Assembly (NCBI GenBank): GCA_027031495.1
Contig: JALVQA010000020.1
Coordinates: 1-60,866, forward strand
DNA: 60,866 bases
Source: Candidatus Moraniibacteriota bacterium
GTDB taxonomy: Bacteria; Patescibacteriota; Minisyncoccia; Moranbacterales; GCA-2747515
Direction: 5' to 3'
The notes below the pieces were generated by a model. It saw nothing but the letters and a program-made list of their open reading frames with translations, was not told where the DNA came from and did not search any database. Both the position numbers and the translations under genes were made by a program. Every line of letters begins with the position of its first letter. Positions within the stretch are counted from its first letter, which is position 1. This document shows positions 50,970 to 60,866 of this stretch, piece after piece.

Positions 50970-53645
50970 CTATGCACGCACAAAAAGACGTTTTGCAATC
51001 TCAAGAGTGACAATTTCAACAATAAGCACGCTTACAACAATCATCCATTGCGATAAGGAGAGTGTGGCTACTGAAAGAATATTTCGCACAAAAGGCACAG
51101 AGAGACCAACAAGCAAAATTATTAGTGAAAGAATAACAGCACCGTTAAGGTATGTATTAGTAAAAGCATGTCGTGACAAAAGTGGCGTATCAAATGTGTG
51201 CATTATATATGCAAAGAGAAGTGAATCCATACTCATCAATATAAACAACATCGTACGTACTTCTTCGATAGGTATACCATACGCAAGTGCGCCAAAAAAG
51301 ATGCCGAGTGCAGAGACACTACTCACAACAAAAACAATTAATGCAAATAGCACCAATGAACGCGAAAAGAATGCTTCACTCAGACGACGCGGCGCGTGTC
51401 GCATAAGGTGTGCGCCGCCACGTGATGCTGTAAGCGCCATACCGGGCAAACCATCTTCAATAAGATTAATCCACAGAATTTGCGCTGGCAAAAGCGGCAA
51501 TGGTACGCCGGCAAAAAGTGCCGCAAAAAAGAGTATTAGTTCCGTAAAATCATCAATGAGCAAAAAGAATATGACGCGCTTTATGTTGAGAAAGACTAAA
51601 CGTCCCTGTCTAATGGCACGTACTATTGTATTAAAACTATCATCAAGGAGAACAATATCAGCGACAGTCTTTGCTAAATCTGTACCGCTACCAATTGCGA
51701 TACCAACATCAGCCGCTTTAAGTGCCGGTGCATCGTTAACGCCGTCACCCACCATTGCGACAACATCGCCGCGCCTCATAAGTGCGCGCACGATGCGAAT
51801 CTTGTGTGCTGGAGAGACGCGCGCAAAGAGTTGTGCATCCTTCACAATGGATAACAATTCGTTATCGGATAACTTGTCAACATCACTCCCGTTATAAACA
51901 TGTTCACGTTCAACGTCCATGCCAACATCGGCAAGAATTGCTATTGCTGTGTTGCGATGATCGCCTGTAATAACAAGAGGACGCACACCTGCGCGTTGTG
52001 CGGTTATCAATGCTTCTTGCACATCAGTGCGCACAGGATCTCTCAGTGCCAAAAAACCGGCAAAAACCATCTCTTGTGCACACGCTTTTTTATTTATCTG
52101 TTCATCATTGCGCCAAGCGCACGCCAAAAGGCGATATCCATTCTTTGTCGTTGATTCTCCGTAAGCACGTACCTTCTCACGCATAGACGGCGTCATTTCT
52201 CTAACGCCATCTAACAACGCCATGTGCGTACATGCAGAAAGAACATGCTCAAGTGCGCCAAGCATGTATGTCTCTTGCGTACCGGTGTCAGTAGCATATA
52301 CACGCAAGGCATACTTTCGCGCAGAACTAAAAAGTACTTGATCTACCAACGTACGATGAGAAAGAAGTGTTGCATGGCGCAGTCCTGCATGTAACCCGGC
52401 AAGAACAAGAGCACGGTCAGTTGGACGTCCATGCACAACCCATGCACCCGCCTCGTCATCAGGATTTTCAACAGTAGCATCATTGACCAAAAAACCTATC
52501 ATTAGTGCATTTTTATGGAGACTAGTACATGACGCATTCTGCACATCACTGCATGGGCAAGTGGTGTATGCACCGTCATCGCGCACAATATCATCTGGTG
52601 TGACAATACAGCGTAAACGCATCTCGCCAGTCGTTAGTGTACCGGTTTTATCCATGCAGATCACACTTACAGCACCCATTGTTTCCACTGCACGTAACCG
52701 TCGTACGAGCGCCTTTTCTTTTGCAAGGCGACGCATACCGAGAACAAGAACAACTGTTACTGCCGGCAGAAGACCTTCCGGGATAGTACCAACAACGAGT
52801 GCAATCGCCGCTAGTACAATAGCACCCAACTCCTGTCCTCGCATAAGACCAAAAAAAATAAAAAGACCAACAGAAACAAGTACAAAAACCGTTATCCAGC
52901 GTGCTAGACGCGCAAGAACAACTTGGAGCGGCGAAAGACGCTCCGTCTGCTGATCAATTAAGGTTGCAATTTTTCCCATTTCTGTGTCGGCACCAATTGC
53001 TGTCACAACGTACATTGCGCTGCCATCTTCTACCGTCGTACCAGCATAAAGCATATTGACACGATCAGTTACGATGGTAGCCACATCAATTGGCTCACTT
53101 TTTTTTGCAATTGGTTGCGATTCACCAGAAAGCGCTGCCTCAGAGACAAGAAGATTGTGTGCGTACACAATGCGCCCATCAGCCGGTATGCGACTGCCGG
53201 GACCAACAACAACGATATCGCCAACAACGATATCACGACTGTCAATTTCATGATGCGCACCATCACGTACCACCGTTGCCCGAAACGTGAGCGCATTCCT
53301 CAACACATCAAGCGCACGCTCAGCTTTCGTCTCCTGCAGTGCACTTAAAAGCGCGTTAAGCAAAACAACAACACTGATAAAAACACCGTCTACAACATGA
53401 CCAATCAAAAAAGACGCAATAGCGGCGACGACAATCACGAGCATTAAAACACCCGTAAATTGTTGTAAAAAGATGTGCAAGAATGTTCGTGGTGGTACGT
53501 GTGGTAGTTCGTTTGCGCCACCAATTTCATGACGATGCTTCGCCTCAGATAATGATAATCCTCGCTCCTCGTCTGTATTAAGAACAGCGCACACATGATC
53601 TGCGCGCATAGCATGAAAATGGCGATGTGCATGTTCTTGTTTCAT
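50970..53645 (-). CDS. Cation-transporting P-type ATPase (type II, Ca2+-like)
   Basis: SGES, IPEGL, DKTGTLT, MVGDGVNDAPAL, QILWINLI.DG. Confidence 0.96.
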   Translation of the reverse strand: MKQEHAHRHFHAMRADHVCAVLNTDEERGLSLSEAKHRHEIGGANELPHVPPRTFLHIFLQQFTGVLMLVIVVAAIASFLIGHVVDGVFISVVVLLNALLSALQETKAERALDVLRNALTFRATVVRDGAHHEIDSRDIVVGDIVVVGPGSRIPADGRIVYAHNLLVSEAALSGESQPIAKKSEPIDVATIVTDRVNMLYAGTTVEDGSAMYVVTAIGADTEMGKIATLIDQQTERLSPLQVVLARLARWITVFVLVSVGLFIFFGLMRGQELGAIVLAAIALVVGTIPEGLLPAVTVVLVLGMRRLAKEKALVRRLRAVETMGAVSVICMDKTGTLTTGEMRLRCIVTPDDIVRDDGAYTTCPCSDVQNASCTSLHKNALMIGFLVNDATVENPDDEAGAWVVHGRPTDRALVLAGLHAGLRHATLLSHRTLVDQVLFSSARKYALRVYATDTGTQETYMLGALEHVLSACTHMALLDGVREMTPSMREKVRAYGESTTKNGYRLLACAWRNDEQINKKACAQEMVFAGFLALRDPVRTDVQEALITAQRAGVRPLVITGDHRNTAIAILADVGMDVEREHVYNGSDVDKLSDNELLSIVKDAQLFARVSPAHKIRIVRALMRRGDVVAMVGDGVNDAPALKAADVGIAIGSGTDLAKTVADIVLLDDSFNTIVRAIRQGRLVFLNIKRVIFFLLIDDFTELILFFAALFAGVPLPLLPAQILWINLIEDGLPGMALTASRGGAHLMRHAPRRLSEAFFSRSLVLFALIVFVVSSVSALGIFFGALAYGIPIEEVRTMLFILMSMDSLLFAYIMHTFDTPLLSRHAFTNTYLNGAVILSLIILLVGLSVPFVRNILSVATLSLSQWMIVVSVLIVEIVTLEIAKRLFVRA

Positions 53646-53700
53646 ACAACCATTGTATCATGGTCAAAATAAGCAACCAAGATTTTGACCACCTTTGCCG

Positions 53701-54774
53701 TTAGAGAATAACACCACCGCCAAGACATTCATCATCACGATAAAAAACGGCAAATTGCCCTGGTGTAATGCCCTGATCTTTTGCTTCAAGCTTTACAGAC
53801 CACGAAACGTCACTTGCATTATCACCGCTATCATTTTTTTTGATTGTACACATATAAAACGATACACCATGACGAAGTTTTACCGCTAAGCGCTCACCAT
53901 TTTGTGGCGGTGCCACAATCCAGTTACACCCACCAATATCAAATGTATCTCGCCACTGATCATGTTGCGCAAAACCGTGCGCAACATACACGATATTTTT
54001 TTGCGGGTCTTTGTCACAGACATACCACGGACCACCATTAAGATTAAGACCCTTACGTTGTCCAATTGTATAAAAATAAAAGCCATCATGTCGTCCCAAT
54101 ACCGCGCCAGTTGCACTGTCAACAAAGTTGCCGGGATGCACTCCGCAGTAGTGACGTATAAAATCGCGAAAAGAGATTTTACCAAGAAAACAAATACCCT
54201 GTGAATCTTTGCGCTGCGCTGTTGGAAGACCGTACGTCTCTGCAAGTGCACGCACATCTTTCTTCTGCAAATGCCCAATTGGAAAAAGTGCATGTGCAAG
54301 CTGTTCTTGTCGCACCATTGCCAAAAAATACGTTTGATCTTTAATGGGATCGGGTGCGCGCAGAAGGTGTGTAATGCCACGTGCATCGGTATGCACACGC
54401 GCATAATGCCCTGTTGCAACTTTTTCAAAATCTGCACCGTAACGTTCTACAAACGCACCAAATTTTACCTCACGATTACATAATACATCAGGATTGGGCG
54501 TACGGCCGGCACGTACCTCATTGAGTGTATATGATACGACACGCTTGTAATAATCTTTCTGAAATGGCACAACAGACAACGGCACATCTAGTTGCTTGCA
54601 CACCGCACGCGCATACGACAAATCCTCCTCCCATGGACAGTGACCAAGAAAGGATGTCTCATCTTCAAGCCAAATTTTCAGATAAAATGCCGTGATATCG
54701 TGACCCTGCTCCTTGAGGAGCGCAAGCGCTACCGACGAGTCAACACCACCAGACAAAAGCATTGCTATTTTCAT
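53701..54774 (-). CDS. mnmA: tRNA 2-thiouridylase
   Basis: SGGVDS, TPNPDVLCN, ATGHYA, KDQTYFL, DSQGICF, PGQFAV. Confidence 0.97.
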   Translation of the reverse strand: MKIAMLLSGGVDSSVALALLKEQGHDITAFYLKIWLEDETSFLGHCPWEEDLSYARAVCKQLDVPLSVVPFQKDYYKRVVSYTLNEVRAGRTPNPDVLCNREVKFGAFVERYGADFEKVATGHYARVHTDARGITHLLRAPDPIKDQTYFLAMVRQEQLAHALFPIGHLQKKDVRALAETYGLPTAQRKDSQGICFLGKISFRDFIRHYCGVHPGNFVDSATGAVLGRHDGFYFYTIGQRKGLNLNGGPWYVCDKDPQKNIVYVAHGFAQHDQWRDTFDIGGCNWIVAPPQNGERLAVKLRHGVSFYMCTIKKNDSGDNASDVSWSVKLEAKDQGITPGQFAVFYRDDECLGGGVIL

Positions 54775-54848
54775 ACTTTTATCCTACCATTCACATCTCT
54801 TCTGCGCAATACAAAAACCGCCAACAGCACGTCAGCGGTTCATGAATT

Positions 54849-55934
54849 TTAAAGCCCCTCTTCTCGCAGTTTCTCAAGAAGCTTCTTCTGGGCACGTGTC
54901 ACTTTCTTTGGCACATTGATAACAACTTTTACGAGATGATCACCGCGACCAAAGCCTCTCAAGTGCGGAACGCCTTTGCCACGAATGCGGAAAACTTCTC
55001 CCGATTGCGTACCGGCCGGTATCTTCATCTTTACAGAACCATCAACTGTTTCCACAGCAATTTTATCACCAAGCACTGCCTGTGAGAATGTAATTGTTTG
55101 AGTTGTGACAATATTATCATCATCACGTGTCCAACGCGGATCAGGTGTAACATGCACCGTTACAAGAAGGTCGCCAGCCGGCGCACCGTAAGTACCGGCA
55201 TCACCTTGTCCTGCTAGCGCGATCGTTTGCCCATCGTTAATGCCAGCGGGAATATCAACAGAAGTCGTCTTTTCCTCTACTACAATACCCTCACCTTTAC
55301 ACGTTTCACATTTTTCGCTGTACACAGTACCGCGGCCATTACACGCATCACAGGTTACTGTTTGCATGATTGGTCCAAGCATGCTCTGTACCGTACGTTG
55401 TATGCGTCCTTTGCCCCCACATTTTGTACATGTCTCCTCCTTTGCGCCTGGTTTTCCACCGGTACCGCCGCATGTCTGACACGTAGCACGACGCCGTATA
55501 AACACATCTTTCTTTGTTCCCTTTATCACATCACCAAAGTCAATCGTCACTTCCGTCTGAATATCACGACCACGCCGTGCACGACGGCCACCCATGTCCT
55601 GACCGCCAAACATGCTACCAAACAGATCACTCAAGTCGCCAAAATCCGTCTCAAAATGTACGCCACCGGCACCGCCAAATTGACTAAAGTCAAAACCGCC
55701 GGCACCGCCAAAACCACCGGCTTGCGCGCCGGCACTGCCAAACTGATCATACTGCGCACGCTTCTTTGCATCGGAAAGTACAGCATACGCCTCATTTACC
55801 TCTTTGAATTTCTCTTCATCACCGCCATCCTTGTCCGGATGATACTTGTGTGCAAGTTTTCGATATGCTTTCTTTATTTCCGCCTCCGATGCATCACGCG
55901 ATACACCCAAAATCTCATAATAATCTTTTGCCAT
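54849..55934 (-). CDS. dnaJ: Chaperone DnaJ
   Basis: J domain HPD, G/F region, four CxxCxGxG repeats. Confidence 0.98.
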   Translation of the reverse strand: MAKDYYEILGVSRDASEAEIKKAYRKLAHKYHPDKDGGDEEKFKEVNEAYAVLSDAKKRAQYDQFGSAGAQAGGFGGAGGFDFSQFGGAGGVHFETDFGDLSDLFGSMFGGQDMGGRRARRGRDIQTEVTIDFGDVIKGTKKDVFIRRRATCQTCGGTGGKPGAKEETCTKCGGKGRIQRTVQSMLGPIMQTVTCDACNGRGTVYSEKCETCKGEGIVVEEKTTSVDIPAGINDGQTIALAGQGDAGTYGAPAGDLLVTVHVTPDPRWTRDDDNIVTTQTITFSQAVLGDKIAVETVDGSVKMKIPAGTQSGEVFRIRGKGVPHLRGFGRGDHLVKVVINVPKKVTRAQKKLLEKLREEGL

Positions 55935-56031
55935 ATTTTATGTTTTCATAACAAAATAACAGAATTTCTTTCACCTTATAGTGTACATAAAAAAGGAGAA
56001 ATTAGCAATCTTATAGTGAGAGTGCTAATTG

Positions 56032-57084
56032 CTATGCAATATATTCTTTTTGAACGGTTGTATATGCTATACGAATAATACCACTCTTGCGCAAGAGTAC
56101 AAAAAGACCATGTGCAAGCCATATCCATGCTACTTTCACAAACGATCCGATCCATGTGACCGTTATAAAAAGAAAGAATGCTATAACACCAGCAAGCGCT
56201 TTTGAGAATTTATATCCATGAGGAAGAATTTTATGTTCTGCAAAAGATTGAACGTAACGCTCCAATAAAAGCGCAAAAACTTGTGTTGCCGGCTCTGAAC
56301 CATCAAGTGACATACCAAGTTCTTGCGCTAGTGCCGATCGCATGTGTGCTATTACACTTTGTTGCACTTCCGAATGATATGTGTTCGCAATCTTTTCTGT
56401 ATTGTTGCGTTCTAGATTTAGACCCTTGAAACGCGCGCTTATTGCAGACGCATAATCTTCGAGAAAACGAAGCGATGGACTCCCTTCATCCTGCGTAGAG
56501 GAATTACGCACAACATATGCAATAAAGTCATCAACCGTCACCTCTCCCTTTGCACCAGACCCCTCTTCAAGTGGTGCTGGTAGCACGACGCTGGCAATCG
56601 GTCCGGCGAGAGTTGATTGTAAGCTACGAGAAAATATAATTTGTGCCGCATCATGCCGCACAATCGTCGCATAAAAAACGACACTTATCATTAATGCAAT
56701 CGCACTTACGAGATAGGTACTACCGGCTTTCATATGTGTCGGTAGGTGAATATGTATATGGCGCTGCATGCTACGATGAACAGCACGTGTCATAAGAGTT
56801 ATCAGACCAACAGCAATAAGAAGCACAACAAAAACACTGATACTCGGCGCAAAAAAGAAAGCGCTTAAAAACACAATAAATGCTGCAATGCTAATATGCC
56901 ACAATCGCTGCGTCACGAATGCACTCAAAATGAGTGCTACAGCCATAATACTCAGAGTAATAGCAATATTTAACCAACTATACGCATTAACGTGAAGGAT
57001 GTTATATACAATCTTGTACCATGAAAGAGAAGCGCTCACAACAGCAACGAGTATGCTTACATAAAAAACAATGTACTTGTACAT
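56032..57084 (-). CDS. Hypothetical multi-pass membrane protein
   Basis: Long ORF with five N-terminal hydrophobic segments, an external domain and a C-terminal TM; no family recognised. Confidence 0.75.
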   Translation of the reverse strand: MYKYIVFYVSILVAVVSASLSWYKIVYNILHVNAYSWLNIAITLSIMAVALILSAFVTQRLWHISIAAFIVFLSAFFFAPSISVFVVLLIAVGLITLMTRAVHRSMQRHIHIHLPTHMKAGSTYLVSAIALMISVVFYATIVRHDAAQIIFSRSLQSTLAGPIASVVLPAPLEEGSGAKGEVTVDDFIAYVVRNSSTQDEGSPSLRFLEDYASAISARFKGLNLERNNTEKIANTYHSEVQQSVIAHMRSALAQELGMSLDGSEPATQVFALLLERYVQSFAEHKILPHGYKFSKALAGVIAFFLFITVTWIGSFVKVAWIWLAHGLFVLLRKSGIIRIAYTTVQKEYIA

Positions 57085-57105
57085 ATTTTTTTATTTTTCA
57101 TAACA

Positions 57106-57470
57106 GTGATGTGGCGCACCGATAAGCCGGATTCTGTTTTGTCTTACGACAACGACAACCATTTCCCTTGGCATACTGTTACCAGTATGCTCATGCGACT
57201 CTCCCTATGCATCGTATAGGGCACGGTCTTGCACTCGTGTAAGGATTTAGCCGTTTCACCCCTCTTGTTGCCAAGAGGACTAATCCTCAAAAGAGGATTG
57301 CGCACTGTCACCAGTGCCACCGTCTCTGTTCGCACCTCGTGCCTTACGACAGACGGGCGTTACCCGCTACACAGCTCTGTGTCTGAACGTACAGACACAG
57401 GAGTGTCCGGACTTTCCTCCATGACGTTACAAAGTAACGTACACAGCGGTTGTCTGGTGCACCACATCAC
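57106..57470 (-). ncRNA. rnpB: RNase P RNA
   Basis: Minus strand GAGGAAAGTCCGG near the 5' end, CAGAATCCGGCTTA near the 3' end, and a 15-bp P1 stem (57106-57120 with 57456-57470). Confidence 0.95.
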
Positions 57471-57516
57471 CATAATGAACCACTCTAAGAGTACGTCATA
57501 TACAGTAAAAAAGCAA

Positions 57517-58533
57517 CTATTTCACACCGATCCGCTCTACCTTTGCTACAAAAACATCAGCGCGCTTGCGCATCTCCTGCAGAGAAAGAAGACCAGTATT
57601 GCTTCCATAAAAACGTATAACATTCGCCGCATTTACAGCACCCCATGCGCACGCCGTCTCTGGCGATTCTTCACGCACAAATGCAGCAAGCACACCACTT
57701 GTAAATGCATCACCTGCACCCGTTGTATCAAGTGGTTTCTCGCCGGAAGATGGTGCAAAGTAAAGAGCGTTTTCACGCATTAACCATGCGCCATCAAGAC
57801 CAGCCGTAATAATAATCGTTTTGGCACCTAGTGCGCGCAATTGCGCAAAAAGATATTGCACATCATCCAAGCGGTGTGTGTCATAACCATCACATGATGC
57901 AACAATCTGCATCGCCTCGTCCTTGTTCACAAAAAAATATGATGAGCGCGCAATCATCTCTTTTACAGCACCCATATCCTCGTCAAGATTACTTTGACCG
58001 GGATTATACGCAAGCGCACACCCACACTCATCAATGGAACGTTGCACAATTTCATAATTTTCACGCCACCGCCCCGAAAGCGCACTTACAAAAATCATAG
58101 AATCTTTGCCCATAGCAGACGCATCAACAATCAATGTTTCTTGAAGGTCACGATTAACAAAGATAACACGCTCACCCGAACGACGATTGACAAGTATAAC
58201 GGAAAGGTCTGTCTGCGCTTCCGATACTTGACGCAAAAGAGAAGTATCAACCTTATTTTTCATGAGAGTATCGCGTATCCACATGCCAATGCCATCACCA
58301 CCAATAAGACTATATGGCGCTGATGGCGCACCAAGACGCGCAAGACCAATTGAAACATTAAGCGCACAACCACCGAGTGCAGTGTAGCGATTTTCAATAC
58401 GATACTTTGCGCCTAATTCAAACGTGATCTTACGTTTTGCCAGAATATCATCAGGTGTATCGGTAACAATGCCATCACTTGTTGGCAAGAAAACATCGCC
58501 AAGCGCGCTCCCGATGCATATAACTTTTTTCAT
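57517..58533 (-). CDS. PfkB-family carbohydrate kinase
   Basis: GG.ALNVSIGLARLG, YNPG, VNKDEA, DTTGAGDAF. Confidence 0.93.
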   Translation of the reverse strand: MKKVICIGSALGDVFLPTSDGIVTDTPDDILAKRKITFELGAKYRIENRYTALGGCALNVSIGLARLGAPSAPYSLIGGDGIGMWIRDTLMKNKVDTSLLRQVSEAQTDLSVILVNRRSGERVIFVNRDLQETLIVDASAMGKDSMIFVSALSGRWRENYEIVQRSIDECGCALAYNPGQSNLDEDMGAVKEMIARSSYFFVNKDEAMQIVASCDGYDTHRLDDVQYLFAQLRALGAKTIIITAGLDGAWLMRENALYFAPSSGEKPLDTTGAGDAFTSGVLAAFVREESPETACAWGAVNAANVIRFYGSNTGLLSLQEMRKRADVFVAKVERIGVK

Positions 58534-58567
58534 AGGTATGACTCCTTATGGATTTTATCTAAGCGTT

Positions 58568-59830
58568 CTATACGCTAATTTGCTTTTCAATCAATAGAAG
58601 TCTATTATACTTTGCTGTTCGCTCTGACCGACTCGGTGCACCACTCTTAATAAACTCAGCACCAGCACCCACAGCTAAATCAGCAATAAAATCATCGCAC
58701 GTATCACCACTGCGATGAGAAACAATGCGATTCATGCCATGTTTAGCACCAAGCGCCATTGTCTTGAGTGTTTCTGTTACCGTTCCAATCTGGTTTGGCT
58801 TAATGAGTACCGCTGTACATGCACGCACGTCAATCGCACGTTGTAATCGCTCTGCATTAGTAACAATAAGATCATCACCAATAAGCATCACCGAATCACC
58901 AAGTTGTTCTCGCATTGCACGCCACCCTTCCCAATCGTTTTCATCCAAGCCATCCTCTATGCTTATAAGTGCATGTTTCTCAATCCATTCACGGTATAGT
59001 GCAATTAGTGCCTGCGGTTGTGCGCTTACACCTTCCGGTTGCAGATCATAAACACCGGCATTAGCATCGTAGAAAGAATTTGCCGCAGCATCAATTGCAA
59101 GAAACACTTCTTTACCCGGTTTATAACCGGCATCACGTGCCGCATCTTCAATTGCCTGTAGAGCAGCGCTATTACTCTCAAGTTGTGGCGCAAAGCCACC
59201 TTCATTGCCAACGCCCGTACGATACCCTTCTGCCTCAAGGCGTCGCTGCAATGCATGAAAAATCTCCGCACCAGCGCGCACTTGTTCTGCAAAACTCTCC
59301 ACACCACGTGGCACAAGCTTAAACTCTTGGATTGCCAGTCCGCTGTCTGCGTGTTTTCCACCATTGATTACGTTAAACATTGGCACCGGCAAAGAGAGCG
59401 CTTGCTCGTCGCGCCCTGCCAAATGTGCAATATGTTTATACAATTTTACACCACGCGCTTGCGCGCCGACACGACATACTGCTAAAGAAACACCCAAAAT
59501 AGCATTTGCACCAAGACGCGATTTATTTGGCGTACCGTCACATGCAATCATTGCCTCATCAATGGCACGCTGATCGGTAGCATCCATACCAACAGCCACT
59601 TGTGCTAGTTCTGTTTCAACATTCTTTACCGCAGTAAGTACACCTTTACCGTCATAGCGTGCTTTATCACCATCACGCAATTCATGCGCCTCATGCTCGC
59701 CTGTTGATGCGCCACTTGGCACACTTGCCCATGCGCGCAAACCACCTTCCGCTTCTACGGTTACTTCAACTGTCGGGTTACCACGCGAATCAAGAATCTC
59801 TCGTGCAGATACGTGTGTTATTTTTGTCAT
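58568..59830 (-). CDS. eno: Enolase
   Basis: REILDSRGNPTVEV, PSGASTG, NGGKHA, GDDL, SHRSG, KYNRLL. Start trimmed to MTKIT. Confidence 0.98.
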   Translation of the reverse strand: MTKITHVSAREILDSRGNPTVEVTVEAEGGLRAWASVPSGASTGEHEAHELRDGDKARYDGKGVLTAVKNVETELAQVAVGMDATDQRAIDEAMIACDGTPNKSRLGANAILGVSLAVCRVGAQARGVKLYKHIAHLAGRDEQALSLPVPMFNVINGGKHADSGLAIQEFKLVPRGVESFAEQVRAGAEIFHALQRRLEAEGYRTGVGNEGGFAPQLESNSAALQAIEDAARDAGYKPGKEVFLAIDAAANSFYDANAGVYDLQPEGVSAQPQALIALYREWIEKHALISIEDGLDENDWEGWRAMREQLGDSVMLIGDDLIVTNAERLQRAIDVRACTAVLIKPNQIGTVTETLKTMALGAKHGMNRIVSHRSGDTCDDFIADLAVGAGAEFIKSGAPSRSERTAKYNRLLLIEKQISV

Positions 59831-59979
59831 ATTTCCTAATAAATATTTAATCATTCCTCTCAACGCCCATATACCAGCGTATCGATATCTCCATTGTAAC
59901 ATCAAACACACCGCGCCACAAACAGCGTTATACAGCATCTGGCATGCAGATCTGTTTATTGCGCGTGAAAAAATATCAA

Positions 59980-60232
59980 TTATATGGATAGATGCTTGTA
60001 AACTAGCGCGCCAACAAACTGTCCTATAAAAAATGAGAAAAAACTTGAAAGAATTGCAGTAAGTGAAAAAGGAAACGTGTAAAAGAGACGACCAACGATA
60101 ATAAAAACAACCGGAACATGAATTGCAAGCATTACGCCGCCAAAACGCTTTTTTCTTTTTTCATGTGCGCGCCAGTAACCAAAGGGTATGTTAAAGAAAA
60201 AAAATGAGAATGAGAAAAGGTGAATATGTCAT
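59980..60232 (-). CDS. Small membrane protein (~83 aa), one frameshift near the 5' end; absent from the ORF track
   Basis: Removing one base from the A8 run at 60197-60204 gives MTYSPFLILIFFFNIPFGYWRAHEKRKKRFGGVMLAIHVPVVFIIVGR…FFIGQFVGALVYKHLSI. Confidence 0.6.
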
Positions 60233-60265
60233 GCTTACCATACAGACAAACCGTACAGACAAACG

Positions 60266-60427
60266 CTACCTAATTACACAAATCGGATAGTTACCGGGAT
60301 CGGTACCACCACCCATATCAAGGCATGCATCATAATAAAAAAATGCATGCGCAATCCATCCAACAAGAATGCCACACACAAAAAACATCGCTCCACAGAA
60401 TATCACAAGTGCCCTGCCGTTTTTCAT
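60266..60427 (-). CDS. Small 53-aa single-TM protein with a C-terminal Cys pair; absent from the ORF track
   Basis: MKNGRALVIFCGAMFFVCGILVGWIAHAFFYYDACLDMGGGTDPGNYPICVIR; TG-n-TATAAT upstream. Confidence 0.6.
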   Translation of the reverse strand: MKNGRALVIFCGAMFFVCGILVGWIAHAFFYYDACLDMGGGTDPGNYPICVIR

Positions 60428-60584
60428 ACACTATACATATGCAACACACCCACAAAATTATAGCACATGCAAAGATATCAATACCATTAACGCGCTACAA
60501 TTCATGGGAAAATTTTGATAGCCATAATGTTTTGGAAACCTGGTGAATGGTCAAAGCGTAATGATCCTTGTTTTAGGTTAATTG

Positions 60585-60656
60585 TAGCCCGTAGGGGAAT
60601 CGAACCCCTGTTACCAGGATGAAAACCTGGCGTCCTAACCACTAGACGAACGGGCC
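60585..60656 (-). tRNA. tRNA-Glu(TTC)
   Basis: GGCCCGT/ACGGGCT acceptor stem, loop ttTTCat, GGTTCGATTCC; CCA not encoded. Confidence 0.95.
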
Positions 60657-60826
60657 ATACGCAATGTGTCCATTATACAAAAAAACCACAAAACTGCAAG
60701 TCTTAATTAAAAAAGTAGGCACAAGGGTAGCTAACCATGCTAAAATGGTTAAAAACCACTTGTATGACCAAGTAAAAACGCATTGTAAAGCGCGCGAAAA
60801 TTTCAGAGTATAAATTCAGAGAAATT

Positions 60827-60866
60827 GTGAAGTATTTTGCCCTTGATCTGGGAGCCAAGAAGACAG
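60827..60866 (+). CDS. 5' fragment of a probable YqgF/RuvX resolvase-like protein (runs off the window)
   Basis: GTG start then KYFALDLGAKKT, matching the YqgF N-terminal hhxhDhG.k..G pattern; only 13 codons visible. Confidence 0.5.
   Translation, partial: MKYFALDLGAKKT

Noticed and set aside
50935-51897. Long antisense ORFs (e.g. 50935-51897, 1436-2065, 15658-16332)
   Set aside because: Shadow frames opposite well-supported genes, with no protein motifs.
1-60866. CRISPR array or cas genes
   Set aside because: No run of equal-length direct repeats with unique spacers, and no Cas motifs in any ORF.

Overview
Window from a small-genome bacterium. Gene content and style point to CPR/Patescibacteria (Parcubacteria-like); this is an inference, not a marker-tree result. 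Most of it is housekeeping: fba, dnaG, HU, rny, recA, rodZ-like, ftsK, xth, gap, tpiA, galT, thrS, miaA, gatB, rsmA, comM/yifB, lspA, dksA-like, csp, a P-type ATPase, mnmA, dnaJ and eno, plus tRNA-Pro/Asn/Glu, RNase P RNA and a probable 6S RNA. Two accessory loci stand out. (1) A ~9.9 kb island between dnaG and tRNA-Pro(TGG) is bracketed by a 105-bp inverted repeat whose copies differ at 20 positions, all transitions. It carries a decayed XRE regulator and a tightly packed five-gene operon: ~901-aa helical-repeat protein, 119-aa unknown, MoxR/CobS-type AAA+ ATPase with an unusual GKN Walker A, ~1151-aa VWA protein, and an LRV-like repeat protein. This is the best candidate for an undescribed system. 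(2) A translationally coupled operon of two RimK-type ATP-grasp ligases and a DUF1704/MATCAP-type HExxH peptidase lies right behind a MacAB-like ABC exporter. Eight single-base frameshifts, all explainable by homopolymer slips, break accessory genes only, so several ORF-track fragments are really single genes. Other points: a D-aminoacylase homologue that has lost most catalytic ligands, sharp intragenic GC steps, and small genes missed by the ORF track. No CRISPR array, integrase or transposase was found.
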